Shown one piece after another: positions 1 through 9,028 of a stretch of 38,759 nucleotides of DNA. Position 1 is the first letter of the stretch. The number at the start of each line of letters is the position of its first letter. The stretch spans positions 1 to 38,759 of the forward strand of contig CAZOMZ010000001.1 of the NCBI GenBank assembly GCA_964581065.1, given 5' to 3'. A model generated the notes under the pieces. It searched no databases. It was not told where the DNA came from and was given only the letters and a program-made list of their open reading frames with translations. The position numbers and the translations under genes are program-made. The DNA comes from an uncultured Loktanella sp. Its GTDB lineage: Bacteria > Pseudomonadota > Alphaproteobacteria > Rhodobacterales > Rhodobacteraceae.

Positions 1-13
1 GACGGTCAAGGCG

Positions 14-1222
14 GTGCGCGATCCCGAAACCAAGGCGCTGAATTGGGAAGTTTTGGAAGAACAACCAGATATAGCCGACAAGTCACTGCTTCCACCTACG
101 CCAAAACCTGCACCTGATGAAGCGATCCAGCTGCCTGGATACAACAAGAACATCTTGCAAGACAGGATCGCAATTATTGAATCCGCAATGGTTTTTCCAC
201 CGGATCCGGATACCCGCAGCTGCGGTGTCACCTACGACAACGGTCAGTTCTGCGTTTTTTCTCGTGAATTCAAGACGCCACGTAAACCTTCCCCAATGCC
301 TGAGCAATCAAGAGTCGCGGCATCAAAGGAGCGACGTGAAGGAACCTACCTTTACGGGGGTTGGATGCATCCTCACTTTGGCCATTTCCTTCTTGAGTCG
401 ACATCACGGCTCTGGGCACTTGATCAGTACCGTGAAGCAATCGATGGAATAATCTATATTCCTATCGGACCCAGATCAATTTGGCGGACTCGCAAGGCAT
501 ATCGACCCATCTTTGAGCTGTTGGCCGGCAAATTGCCGATCCTACCGCAAACTCACCCAGCCACCGTAGAACGGCTGATTGTCCCCGAACCCGGCTTCGG
601 TCACCAAGCCCGAATGCGCGGAACAGACAATTATATTCAGTTCATGCGTCGCAGCTTTGCTCACCAGATAACCGCGAAAGGTTCCGAGCGCCTCTATGTC
701 TCCCGTTCGCGACTGAATGACACTAGGGGCGGGGTCTTCGGTGAGACACTTATCGAAGAGTTCATGATCCAGAATGGCTACGAAATCTTTCATCCTCAGG
801 AACACAGCGCGATTGAGCAGCTCGAAAGATATAAAGCCGCGCGTTACCTGGTATCACTTGATGGTTCTGCACTACACTTTGCCTCCTTTGCCATGGAGAC
901 AGGGGCCAAAGTCGGAATAATCAAGCGCCGAAAATCCGATATTCCTGACACAATGGCCCGGCATATCGAGCGTTTCTGTGGGGCTGAGGTACACCTATTT
1001 GAAACAATCAAGGATATGTGGGTCAAGGAAGGGACGAAACATATCGATCATCGCTCGTTTGGAGAGTTGGATCTGACGGCGCTTTCAAAAGGTTTGCACG
1101 AAAAGGGATTTCTGACTGTCCCAGGAAATCTGCGGCAGATCACCATCTCCGAGATCGATGCCTACCTTGAAACACGTCACGAAGGTGCAAACAGACTCGC
1201 ACCTCTACGTGGACGTAGGTGA
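14..1222 (+). CDS. Glycosyltransferase family 61 / DUF563-like capsular polysaccharide biosynthesis protein (may be 5'-truncated)
   Basis: 402-aa ORF with GT61-type motifs HPHFGHFLLESTSRLW, RLYVSRS, EIFHPQEH..EQL..Y..A and DGSALH. The frame is open from the window start (acg gtc aag gcg GTG), so the true start may lie upstream. Confidence 0.75.
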   Translation: MRDPETKALNWEVLEEQPDIADKSLLPPTPKPAPDEAIQLPGYNKNILQDRIAIIESAMVFPPDPDTRSCGVTYDNGQFCVFSREFKTPRKPSPMPEQSRVAASKERREGTYLYGGWMHPHFGHFLLESTSRLWALDQYREAIDGIIYIPIGPRSIWRTRKAYRPIFELLAGKLPILPQTHPATVERLIVPEPGFGHQARMRGTDNYIQFMRRSFAHQITAKGSERLYVSRSRLNDTRGGVFGETLIEEFMIQNGYEIFHPQEHSAIEQLERYKAARYLVSLDGSALHFASFAMETGAKVGIIKRRKSDIPDTMARHIERFCGAEVHLFETIKDMWVKEGTKHIDHRSFGELDLTALSKGLHEKGFLTVPGNLRQITISEIDAYLETRHEGANRLAPLRGRR

Positions 1223-2146
1223 GTGTTTTCAGTGCACGAAAGCATTTCTTTATCACTTCCAGACTGCGTCACAGCCACTGCGGCCAGCCCAACACGCAGT
1301 TTCCGCATGATCGGTGACTCTTCCTACCTGTGGTTCGCTGCAGGCAGTTCCACTCTTATCGTGTCATTCGACAATCTCGCCACGCTTGACCACCCCTACC
1401 CGCGCGCACCGTGGATCGCCCGCCACGTGGGTGAAATGGGTCATGCACTTCTGGGTGTGCAAAGCCAGCGCAAGGACTGGTTTCGCGGAACGGATGCGCC
1501 ACAGATGCTGTCCGAGCTGACCAATGCCGGCTTTTTTGAGCACTTTGACAGAATCGTCTTCATTGGTGCGTCGATGGGGGGGTTTGCGGCCATCAACTAC
1601 GCACCGCTTGTTCCCAAGGCGACCGTGCTGGCGCTTTCTCCGCAATCGACGATGAACCCCATCATCGCACCGTTCGAGCGACGCTTTCCATGGGCGGTCA
1701 AGAACAGCGACTGGTCATCACCCCAGTTTCTTGATGCGGCCGATGCAGTCCCAGACATTCCGCAAGTCACCATTGTCTATGACCCGTTTGAATACGAGGA
1801 CAAGGCACATGCACAGCGGTTGGCGGGCCCAAACACGCAGTTGGCGCCCGTGCCGCATTCAACCCACGAGGCTGTCCGCACTGTCATGAAGGCCGGTGCC
1901 TTCCCTACAATGCTACAGGAATATGTTGACACTGGCCGGCTTGGGCCGGCCTTCTGGAAGGCGATGCGCGGCAGGCGCGATGTGCGCAAATGGGCAAGGG
2001 CCTTTGTCGACAACCTTGCTGCGTCCCAGCATAGGCAACTGGCGCTGCGTGCCTACGACCAGCTGGTCACCAAAGACGGCTATCTGTTTGCCATGCAGGC
2101 GCGGCGCGCACTACTTGAGGCTCATCCCGAATTGGGCGAACACTAG
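1223..2146 (+). CDS. Alpha/beta-hydrolase-fold protein (esterase/acyltransferase-like) of a polysaccharide locus
   Basis: Nucleophile elbow FIGASMGGFAA (GxSxG), LIVSFDNL strand, and candidate Asp (YDPFEYED) and His (PHSTH). The GTG start abuts the upstream TGA; the start is uncertain. Confidence 0.65.
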   Translation: MFSVHESISLSLPDCVTATAASPTRSFRMIGDSSYLWFAAGSSTLIVSFDNLATLDHPYPRAPWIARHVGEMGHALLGVQSQRKDWFRGTDAPQMLSELTNAGFFEHFDRIVFIGASMGGFAAINYAPLVPKATVLALSPQSTMNPIIAPFERRFPWAVKNSDWSSPQFLDAADAVPDIPQVTIVYDPFEYEDKAHAQRLAGPNTQLAPVPHSTHEAVRTVMKAGAFPTMLQEYVDTGRLGPAFWKAMRGRRDVRKWARAFVDNLAASQHRQLALRAYDQLVTKDGYLFAMQARRALLEAHPELGEH

Positions 2147-2166
2147 GGCACAAAACGGAGACATCC

Positions 2167-3063
2167 TTGCCATCTGCCAAAGCCCCCATCGCAGCCCTGA
2201 CTATGGTCCACACCGAGGATTTCTTCCTCGAGCGCTGGCTTGCCTATTGGCGACGCTTTCTGCCGGACGAACATATCTATGTCATCAATCACGGCGCCGA
2301 CGCGCAGGTCTCCGCGCTGATCAAAGGCTGCAACGAAATCACCTTGCCCTATGACAAGCTGAAAAAGAGCGTCAATCAGCGGCGCTGGCAGATCCTGTCG
2401 CTTTTCACTTCGGGCCTGACCCACAGCTACGACTGGGTCATCTGCAACGACATCGATGAATTTGTCGTACTGGATCCTGCGGTCTCTGATGATCTGGCAG
2501 GCTATCTGGCTGAGATCGCGGCACGGCCCGAGGTCCCGTCAGCAGTTACGGCCTTCGCTGTCGAGATGGTGCATGTCCCGGAGCTGGAGCCAGATCCGCT
2601 GGAGAAGGGGCAGCCGATCATCGGTCCACGCCGCATCTACAGACTAAATGCCAACTACGCCAAACCCTGCATCGTCCACCGTCCCATCGAATTCAAGGCA
2701 GGGGGCCACGGCGGCAATCACCCCGACATCTACATCGATCCTAACCTGTACAACTTTCATCTGCGCTTTGTGGACTACGACTATTGTATGGGACGCTTCC
2801 GCAAGAGCCTGAAACGGCGGCTTGAGGGAAAGACGCCGGAAGAACAGGCACAGATGAAGAAAGGCCAATGGGGCTGGGCCAGTGTGGACCAGACCTTTGA
2901 GGCGCTGTCAAAGAAGCACCCCGTCGCCGAAACGATCGATCATCCCGATTTTCGGCGCAAAATGCTGGACAACCGCATCCTGCGTCCGCCATTCACCTTG
3001 ATGGGCGGCGGACGACCGCCCGAGAATTACAGGCTGCCGGAGCGTTTCAATGGTATCTTTTGA
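2167..3063 (+). CDS. Glycosyltransferase family 2-like protein (Glyco_tranf_2_4 type)
   Basis: N-terminal ALTMVHTEDFFLERWLAYW, IYVINHG, DWVICNDIDEF (DxD), KPCI, GGHG and NFHLRF motifs. GGAG at 2157-2160 precedes the TTG start. Confidence 0.75.
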   Translation: MPSAKAPIAALTMVHTEDFFLERWLAYWRRFLPDEHIYVINHGADAQVSALIKGCNEITLPYDKLKKSVNQRRWQILSLFTSGLTHSYDWVICNDIDEFVVLDPAVSDDLAGYLAEIAARPEVPSAVTAFAVEMVHVPELEPDPLEKGQPIIGPRRIYRLNANYAKPCIVHRPIEFKAGGHGGNHPDIYIDPNLYNFHLRFVDYDYCMGRFRKSLKRRLEGKTPEEQAQMKKGQWGWASVDQTFEALSKKHPVAETIDHPDFRRKMLDNRILRPPFTLMGGGRPPENYRLPERFNGIF

Positions 3064-3092
3064 CCCGGCTTGCCGCTGAACGGAGAAAACAA

Positions 3093-3665
3093 GTGGACGT
3101 CACGCAAACAGCCATCCCCGAAGTGCTGCTGATTACGCCCAAGCGGCATGGCGACGCGCGTGGGTTCTTTAGCGAAAGCTGGAACAAGGCGGCACTGGCC
3201 GCGCATGGCGTCGCGATCGACTTTGTTCAGGACAATCACTCGCTGTCACGGGAAAAAGGCACTGTGCGCGGGCTGCATTTCCAGACACCACCGCACGCGC
3301 AGGCCAAACTGGTGCGCTGCGGACGCGGCGCATTGCTGGACGTTGCCGTTGATATCCGCCGCGGTTCTCCCAGTTTCGGGCAATGGGTCGCCGAGGAGCT
3401 TTCCTTTGAGAATGGCCGTCAATTGCTGGTGCCGGTCGGTTTTGCCCACGGATTTGTGACGCTCACGCCTGACACCGAGATCATCTACAAATGCAGCGAC
3501 TACTACGCGCCGGACTGTGACCGCGCCCTTCAGTTTGACGACCCCGCGATCGGGATCGACTGGGGCATCGAGCGCAGCACAGCGACGATCTCGGACAAGG
3601 ATGCGGCCGCGCCGCCACTTTCCCGACTGGACCTGCCATTTGCCTATGTTGGTAGTGACGCATGA
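3093..3665 (+). CDS. rfbC: dTDP-4-dehydrorhamnose 3,5-epimerase
   Basis: Motifs [36 protein letters not shown] and GFAHGF. Start moved from 3060 to the GTG at 3093, which has GGAGA upstream. Confidence 0.96.
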   Translation: MDVTQTAIPEVLLITPKRHGDARGFFSESWNKAALAAHGVAIDFVQDNHSLSREKGTVRGLHFQTPPHAQAKLVRCGRGALLDVAVDIRRGSPSFGQWVAEELSFENGRQLLVPVGFAHGFVTLTPDTEIIYKCSDYYAPDCDRALQFDDPAIGIDWGIERSTATISDKDAAAPPLSRLDLPFAYVGSDA

Positions 3666-4702
3666 AGATTCTTGTCACAGGTGGTGCGGGCTTTATCGGA
3701 TCAGCAGTCGTTCGGGCAGCCGTCGCACGCGGCCATCAGGTTGTGAATGTCGATGCGCTGACATATGCCGCCTGTCTTGAAAATGTGGCTTCGGTCGCGG
3801 ACACGGCCGGATATGCCTTTGTCCATGCTGATATCTGCGACAGCGCGGCAATGGCCAAAGTCTTTGCCACCCATACCCCCGACGCCGTGATGCATCTTGC
3901 GGCCGAAAGCCATGTGGACCGGTCCATTGACGGTCCGGGGGCCTTTATCCGGACCAATGTCACCGGCACCTATACCCTGCTCGAAGCCGCGCGGGACTAC
4001 TGGCAGACAATCGGGCGACCTGACACATTCCGGTTTCATCATGTATCTACGGATGAGGTCTATGGCACTCTGGGAGCCGAGGGAAAGTTCACCGAAGACA
4101 CCCCCTATGCCCCCAACAGCCCCTATTCGGCCTCCAAGGCCGCGTCCGACCACCTTGTCCGCGCATGGGGAGAAACCTACGGGCTGCCGGTCGTGATCAC
4201 CAACTGTTCGAATAACTATGGCCCGTTCCATTTTCCCGAAAAGCTGATCCCTGTGGTCATCCTCAACGCACTTTCCGGTGCGCCGATCCCCGTCTATGGC
4301 CGTGGCGAAAACGTGCGCGACTGGCTTTATGTCGAGGATCACGCCGATGCCTTGCTGAAGGTTCTGTCAGAGGGCGCAACAGGCCGGACCTACAACATCG
4401 GCGGTGAGAACGAGGCGCGCAACATCGACATCGTTCGCACGATATGCGCGATCCTTGATCGTCTCAGACCCGCCAAGACACCCTATGCAGAACAGATCAC
4501 CTTTGTCTCCGACCGGCCCGGCCACGACCTGCGCTATGCGATTGATCCGTCGCGGATGCGCGACGAACTGGGCTGGCGGCCTTCGGTCAGTCTGGAACAG
4601 GGGCTGGAGCTGACCGTCCGCTGGTATCTTGAGAACGAAGACTGGTGGCAGGCGCTTCTGGACCGCCAAGGCGTCGGCAAACGTCTGGGATCGGGCGCAT
4701 GA
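3662..4702 (+). CDS. rfbB: dTDP-glucose 4,6-dehydratase
   Basis: Motifs [45 protein letters not shown] and [16 protein letters not shown] overlap with rfbC. Confidence 0.98.
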   Translation: MKILVTGGAGFIGSAVVRAAVARGHQVVNVDALTYAACLENVASVADTAGYAFVHADICDSAAMAKVFATHTPDAVMHLAAESHVDRSIDGPGAFIRTNVTGTYTLLEAARDYWQTIGRPDTFRFHHVSTDEVYGTLGAEGKFTEDTPYAPNSPYSASKAASDHLVRAWGETYGLPVVITNCSNNYGPFHFPEKLIPVVILNALSGAPIPVYGRGENVRDWLYVEDHADALLKVLSEGATGRTYNIGGENEARNIDIVRTICAILDRLRPAKTPYAEQITFVSDRPGHDLRYAIDPSRMRDELGWRPSVSLEQGLELTVRWYLENEDWWQALLDRQGVGKRLGSGA

Positions 4703-5547
4703 AGGTTCTGGTCTTCGGTGCAACTGGTCAGGTCGCCATGGCGCTGCAGCAGCATGAGGGTGTTACCGCACTGGGCCGCGCTGCCGCCGATCTGACAGAC
4801 CCTGCAGCCTGCGCTGATATCATCGGGTCCTGCGATGCGGATGCGGTTATCAATGCCGCAGCCTATACGGCCGTCGATCAGGCCGAAAGCGATCAGGAGA
4901 CAGCATTTGCCGTCAATGCCGTAGCACCTGCCCGCATGGCCAAAGCGGCGGCGCAGCGCGACATACCGTTTCTGACGATCTCGACGGACTATGTTTTTGA
5001 TGGCGCTGGCACAAAGCCTCACGGGCCGGCTGACAGGATGGCGCCCCTCAACGTCTATGGCAGGTCAAAGGCCGAAGGCGAGGACGGCGTGCGCGCGGCA
5101 GGTGGACGGCATGTCGTGCTGCGGACGTCATGGGTGTTTTCCGAGCATGGGAAGAACTTCGTCAAAACCATGCTTCAGCTAGCCGCGACACGCGATCATC
5201 TGACCATCGTCGACGATCAGATCGGCGGGCCGACCGCCGCGCATGATATCGCGGACACGCTCATGCACATGGCGCGGCAGATGGTCGGTGAAAAAACGAA
5301 CGGCGGCACCTATCATCTGAGCGGCACACCCGATGCAAGCTGGGCAGACTTTGCCCGCGAGATCTTTCGGCAGGCGGGGCACGATGTGCGGGTCTCGCCG
5401 ATTGCGACGGCAGACTACCCGACACCAGCCCAGAGACCGCTTAACTCGAGGCTTGATTGTCAGTCTCTCTTTGACGACTTTGGCATTTCACAGCCCGACT
5501 GGCGGGCCAGCCTGTCACGGGTTCTGACGGCTTTGGGCAAGGGATAG
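4699..5547 (+). CDS. rfbD: dTDP-4-dehydrorhamnose reductase
   Basis: Motifs [47 protein letters not shown] and DQIGGPT. The true start is the ATG at 4699, overlapping the rfbB stop (ATGA). Confidence 0.96.
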   Translation: MKVLVFGATGQVAMALQQHEGVTALGRAAADLTDPAACADIIGSCDADAVINAAAYTAVDQAESDQETAFAVNAVAPARMAKAAAQRDIPFLTISTDYVFDGAGTKPHGPADRMAPLNVYGRSKAEGEDGVRAAGGRHVVLRTSWVFSEHGKNFVKTMLQLAATRDHLTIVDDQIGGPTAAHDIADTLMHMARQMVGEKTNGGTYHLSGTPDASWADFAREIFRQAGHDVRVSPIATADYPTPAQRPLNSRLDCQSLFDDFGISQPDWRASLSRVLTALGKG

Positions 5548-5551
5548 CAGG

Positions 5552-6418
5552 ATGCAGCGCAAGGGGATCATCTTGGCAGGCGGGTCGGGCACGCGGCTTT
5601 ATCCGATCACGCTTGGCATCTCCAAGCAGCTACTCCCGATCTATGACAAGCCGATGATCTACTATCCGCTGTCCGTCCTGATGCTGACCGGCATTCGCGA
5701 GATTGCGATCATTACCACTCCGCAGGACCAGACCCAGTTCCAGACGCTTCTGGGCGACGGGAGCCAGTGGGGACTGGAGCTTACCTACATCGTACAATCC
5801 AGCCCCGATGGTCTGGCACAGGCCTACTTGCTGGCCGAAGCTTTTCTTGACGGGGCCCCAAGCGCAATGGTGCTGGGTGACAACATCTTTTTTGGTCACG
5901 GCCTGCCCGACGAATTGCAGACCGCAAACAAAAGGGATCAGGGCGGCACGGTCTTTGGTTACCGCGTCAGCGATCCGCATCGCTATGGCATCTTGGGCTT
6001 TGACGCCGAAGGTCGGGTGAATTCCATCGTTGAGAAGCCATCGACACCTGCGTCCCGCTTTGCGGTTACCGGCCTCTATTTCCTTGATGGCAGTGCGCCT
6101 GAACGCGCCAGACAGATCGCGCCTTCGGAACGCGGCGAGCTTGAGATCACAGCCTTGCTGGAAAGCTACCTGCATGAAGGCAATCTACATGTTCAGCAAA
6201 TGGGGCGTGGCTATGCGTGGCTGGATACCGGCACCCATGCGAGCCTGTTGGATGCCGGCAACTTTGTCCGCACGCTGACTGAACGGCAGGGGCAGCAGGT
6301 CGGCAGCCCTGACGAAATCGCCTTTGCGAACGGATGGATCAACGCCGAGCAACTGCGCGCCCGTGCCGCCCGATTTGGCAAGAGCAGCTACGGCGATTAC
6401 CTGCTGGGACTGCTCTAA
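5552..6418 (+). CDS. rfbA: Glucose-1-phosphate thymidylyltransferase
   Basis: Motifs GIILAGGSGTRLYP, SKQLLPIYDKPMIYYPL, LGDNIF, PSERGELEIT and GRGYAWLDTGT. Confidence 0.98.
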   Translation: MQRKGIILAGGSGTRLYPITLGISKQLLPIYDKPMIYYPLSVLMLTGIREIAIITTPQDQTQFQTLLGDGSQWGLELTYIVQSSPDGLAQAYLLAEAFLDGAPSAMVLGDNIFFGHGLPDELQTANKRDQGGTVFGYRVSDPHRYGILGFDAEGRVNSIVEKPSTPASRFAVTGLYFLDGSAPERARQIAPSERGELEITALLESYLHEGNLHVQQMGRGYAWLDTGTHASLLDAGNFVRTLTERQGQQVGSPDEIAFANGWINAEQLRARAARFGKSSYGDYLLGLL

Positions 6419-7431
6419 CTGCCTGCCCCGCTGATCGGTCGCAGGATATCGGCATCGTCGCCGAACTTCGCTTTGTAGGCGGTGGTGAGACCAAGGCATT
6501 CAGTCGATGCGCAATTCGCCTGATGGGGGCACTGGTAGAATCCGTTGCGATCGAATTCGGTCCAGAAGTCAGGGTCGATCACAAGCGTCGGCTGCGCATT
6601 GACAAGCGCATCACCAAGCTCGCCCAACATGCATTCAGGGAAATTCTTGACCTCGACATAGCGGCCCTGCGCGCGGCACTTCAGAATGGCTTCGCGCAGA
6701 TACGGCAGAATATCGCTATGGCGGGCGGCCAGATCTTTGGGATCGTCCTCGGCCATCGGAAAGAAGTTCCAGAACTCCATCTGCGCCAGCCGCTTGAGAT
6801 GGGATAGCGCATCCACCATGCCCGGCAAGAGCATATAGCTTTGCGTTGTAATGACGGAATTGGTGATCAGTTTGACGTGGTCGTATTGGTCCAGATGGGC
6901 CATCCCCGCCATCATCTTGTCCCACGCGCCTTCGACTTGGGTGATCCTGTCGTGGCTTTCGGCATCGCTTCCGGCAACGGAGACAAAGTATTCATCGACC
7001 CCTGCCTCGACCAGCCGGTCCGCGTAGTCCGTGCGGCCAAGATGCATGCCGTGTGTCTGAATGCGAACGTGGCTGAAGCCCGCAGATTTCGCCTTGCGCG
7101 CGATGTCCGGCAGATCACGGCGCAGCGTGATTTCAGAGCCGGTCAGAACAAGGCCCTCCCAACGACCTGTCTGCGATTGATCGCGGCAGATGTCATCAAG
7201 CGTCTTGTCCGAGGTTGGCGCAAGACGGTCCATCGTTCCTTCGATCATGCAATGCACACATTTCAGGTTGCATCTGAACTCCATCGTCAAAGAAACATAC
7301 TTTTCATGATCTCGCAGACTGAGGCCCTTCACACGCTTCAACTGCGACAGCGGCGTCGTCACGCCAACGCGCGTTCCCTCGGTCCCGACCGTTCTCGCGG
7401 GCTGTCGCGGAATGCGTCTAGAGGAGGCCAT
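6415..7431 (-). CDS. Radical SAM enzyme (about 338 aa) with a C-terminal Cys cluster; resembles peptide/protein-modifying maturases
   Basis: CxxxCxxC motif CNLKCVHC at 7249-7272, LTGSEITL (variant GGE motif), IQTHG, VSVAG...HDRIT, NFPECML and C-terminal CPHQANCASTECLG. Start moved from 7659 to the ATG at 7431, which overlaps the upstream gene's stop by 14 nt. Confidence 0.9.
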   Translation of the reverse strand: MASSRRIPRQPARTVGTEGTRVGVTTPLSQLKRVKGLSLRDHEKYVSLTMEFRCNLKCVHCMIEGTMDRLAPTSDKTLDDICRDQSQTGRWEGLVLTGSEITLRRDLPDIARKAKSAGFSHVRIQTHGMHLGRTDYADRLVEAGVDEYFVSVAGSDAESHDRITQVEGAWDKMMAGMAHLDQYDHVKLITNSVITTQSYMLLPGMVDALSHLKRLAQMEFWNFFPMAEDDPKDLAARHSDILPYLREAILKCRAQGRYVEVKNFPECMLGELGDALVNAQPTLVIDPDFWTEFDRNGFYQCPHQANCASTECLGLTTAYKAKFGDDADILRPISGAGS

Positions 7432-8299
7432 AAAAGCTGCCTTTCGTCGGGGTGATTTTGCCATCGATATCGCAATCGAAATCCCAGCCCACATCGTAGA
7501 GGTGGTGGTCAAGCGCATCCATGTTTTCCTGCAGATAATCACGAAGCGGCTCAGGAAAGGAAAGCCGTTCCAGAAAGATCGCCAGTTGCGCGGCGCGTAT
7601 CCGCGAAAAATAGATCGCATCGCGCTGCTGCTTGTTGGCGACAACGACTGTTTCGACACCCGCCATCTCGGGCCAGAGCAGATCGTCCATCCTGACCCTG
7701 TTTGCGGGCAGATAGATGGACTCGGTTAGTTTGTCGTGGATTTCTTTCGCTTCACGCTCGGCATTGAAGAAGAAGTAGAAGTTCCGCATGTGATAGCCCG
7801 CCGCAGACATACCGTAGCAAATGCCCGACGACACGGTGGAACCCGGATTGCCCATGTAGATGTCGATCTGGTCAAGCGGGGTGCCTTGGAGATGCGCCGC
7901 CGAGACCTCGACCGAAAACATGAAGTAGGGCTTTTCGTCATCCGGCGTGAGGTCGCACCGCAGCAATCCCTTTGTGGCATCCAGAAAGTCAGCTACGCCC
8001 AACCTGCGGGCTTCGCGCGCATAGTCGTAAAAGTAGAACTCCCAGCTTGGTCCTGCGTCAGACCACTTCATCCCCCAGACTGTCGCGAACCTGCCCCACC
8101 GATTGCGCAGCGTATCGGTCAGCGCAAGCATCTCTGCGCCCACACCGGCAGCCTCAAAACTCTTGTAAAGCAGGGCAACGCTGCGCAAAGCGTCGTCCGT
8201 GGCGACGCGTGGCGGCGTGTAGGGCCAGATGCAGAAATCCTGCGCGATATCACCGGGGCGGCTGAACTGCGCCGCCGCCTTGGCACCCCAGTCAATCAT
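7418..8299 (-). CDS. Hypothetical protein (293 aa), aromatic-rich, possible ABBA/PT-barrel fold
   Basis: Typical codon usage and ATGA coupling to the upstream gene (8296-8299). Helices alternate with five aromatic beta-hairpins. The ORF is well supported; the fold is inference. Confidence 0.8.
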   Translation of the reverse strand: MIDWGAKAAAQFSRPGDIAQDFCIWPYTPPRVATDDALRSVALLYKSFEAAGVGAEMLALTDTLRNRWGRFATVWGMKWSDAGPSWEFYFYDYAREARRLGVADFLDATKGLLRCDLTPDDEKPYFMFSVEVSAAHLQGTPLDQIDIYMGNPGSTVSSGICYGMSAAGYHMRNFYFFFNAEREAKEIHDKLTESIYLPANRVRMDDLLWPEMAGVETVVVANKQQRDAIYFSRIRAAQLAIFLERLSFPEPLRDYLQENMDALDHHLYDVGWDFDCDIDGKITPTKGSFYGLL

Positions 8300-9027
8300 A
8301 TCGCACGCGCCCCGTAGTAGATCGTCACGAACGTTGCCCCGTCACTGGCTTGGCCAGCGGCAATATGGCCAAAGCGCGCGTTGGCTTGTTCGTCAAGGAA
8401 TGGGCGCAGATCGCAGCCGTGGAACGCCTTAAGCGGCAGAAGAATTTCGGTTGCGTCCCGCAAACTGGCTTTTGCATCGGCAACCGAGATATCGACCGAT
8501 GCGCGGGCAGATCCGTCTTCGGTCACATGAAGAACGACAGCCTGCCCGTCGGGATCGCCGTCACGGGCAAGATCGAGGCTTCGCTGCATGACGTCCGCCA
8601 CCACCGGATCAGGCACAAGCCTCCGCACCAAAGCTGCTTTGTCGGCATGCGGTCGCGCAGACACGGCGACATAGCGGTTCAGTCGCTGCGCATCTCCGCG
8701 CCATTTCAAAGCGAGAAAAACAAGGTCCGGCTCGGGCGCATCTTGGGGCGCGAACTCAAGATAGCATTTACCGATATCACCATCGGCACCAAAGTGGACA
8801 GCACAGGCCTGCGACAAGAACGGTTCGAGTGGCATGGGGTCCGGGCAACCAAGAGCGGCGCAAACATCGCGTAGCGTCGATTTTGGACCGGGATAGAGCG
8901 CGCGCTTGTCCATACTGACCAGACCCCTCTCGGTCGAGATGCGACCACGGGACAGCTTTGCGGATCGCTCGAAGATACGGGGCGCTTCCAGTGTCTCTGT
9001 GGCAGACAAAAGACGCGCAACGCTCAT
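8296..9027 (-). CDS. Hypothetical protein (243 aa), possible ABBA/PT-barrel fold
   Basis: The ATG at 9027 has GGAAGG upstream and lies 1 nt after the MFP stop (9029-9031), so the ORF-track extension to 9207 is rejected. Five-hairpin pattern including HFGADGDIGKCYLEF. Confidence 0.78.
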   Translation of the reverse strand: MSVARLLSATETLEAPRIFERSAKLSRGRISTERGLVSMDKRALYPGPKSTLRDVCAALGCPDPMPLEPFLSQACAVHFGADGDIGKCYLEFAPQDAPEPDLVFLALKWRGDAQRLNRYVAVSARPHADKAALVRRLVPDPVVADVMQRSLDLARDGDPDGQAVVLHVTEDGSARASVDISVADAKASLRDATEILLPLKAFHGCDLRPFLDEQANARFGHIAAGQASDGATFVTIYYGARAI

Positions 9028-9028
9028 G

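Noticed and set aside
7432-7659. ORF-track N-terminal extensions (radical SAM to 7659; also 9207, 14125, 4645 and 3060 for other genes)
   Set aside because: Most overlap upstream genes extensively (3060 by only 4 nt). Downstream starts at 7431, 9027, 14047, 4699 and 3093 have an RBS or stop-start coupling.
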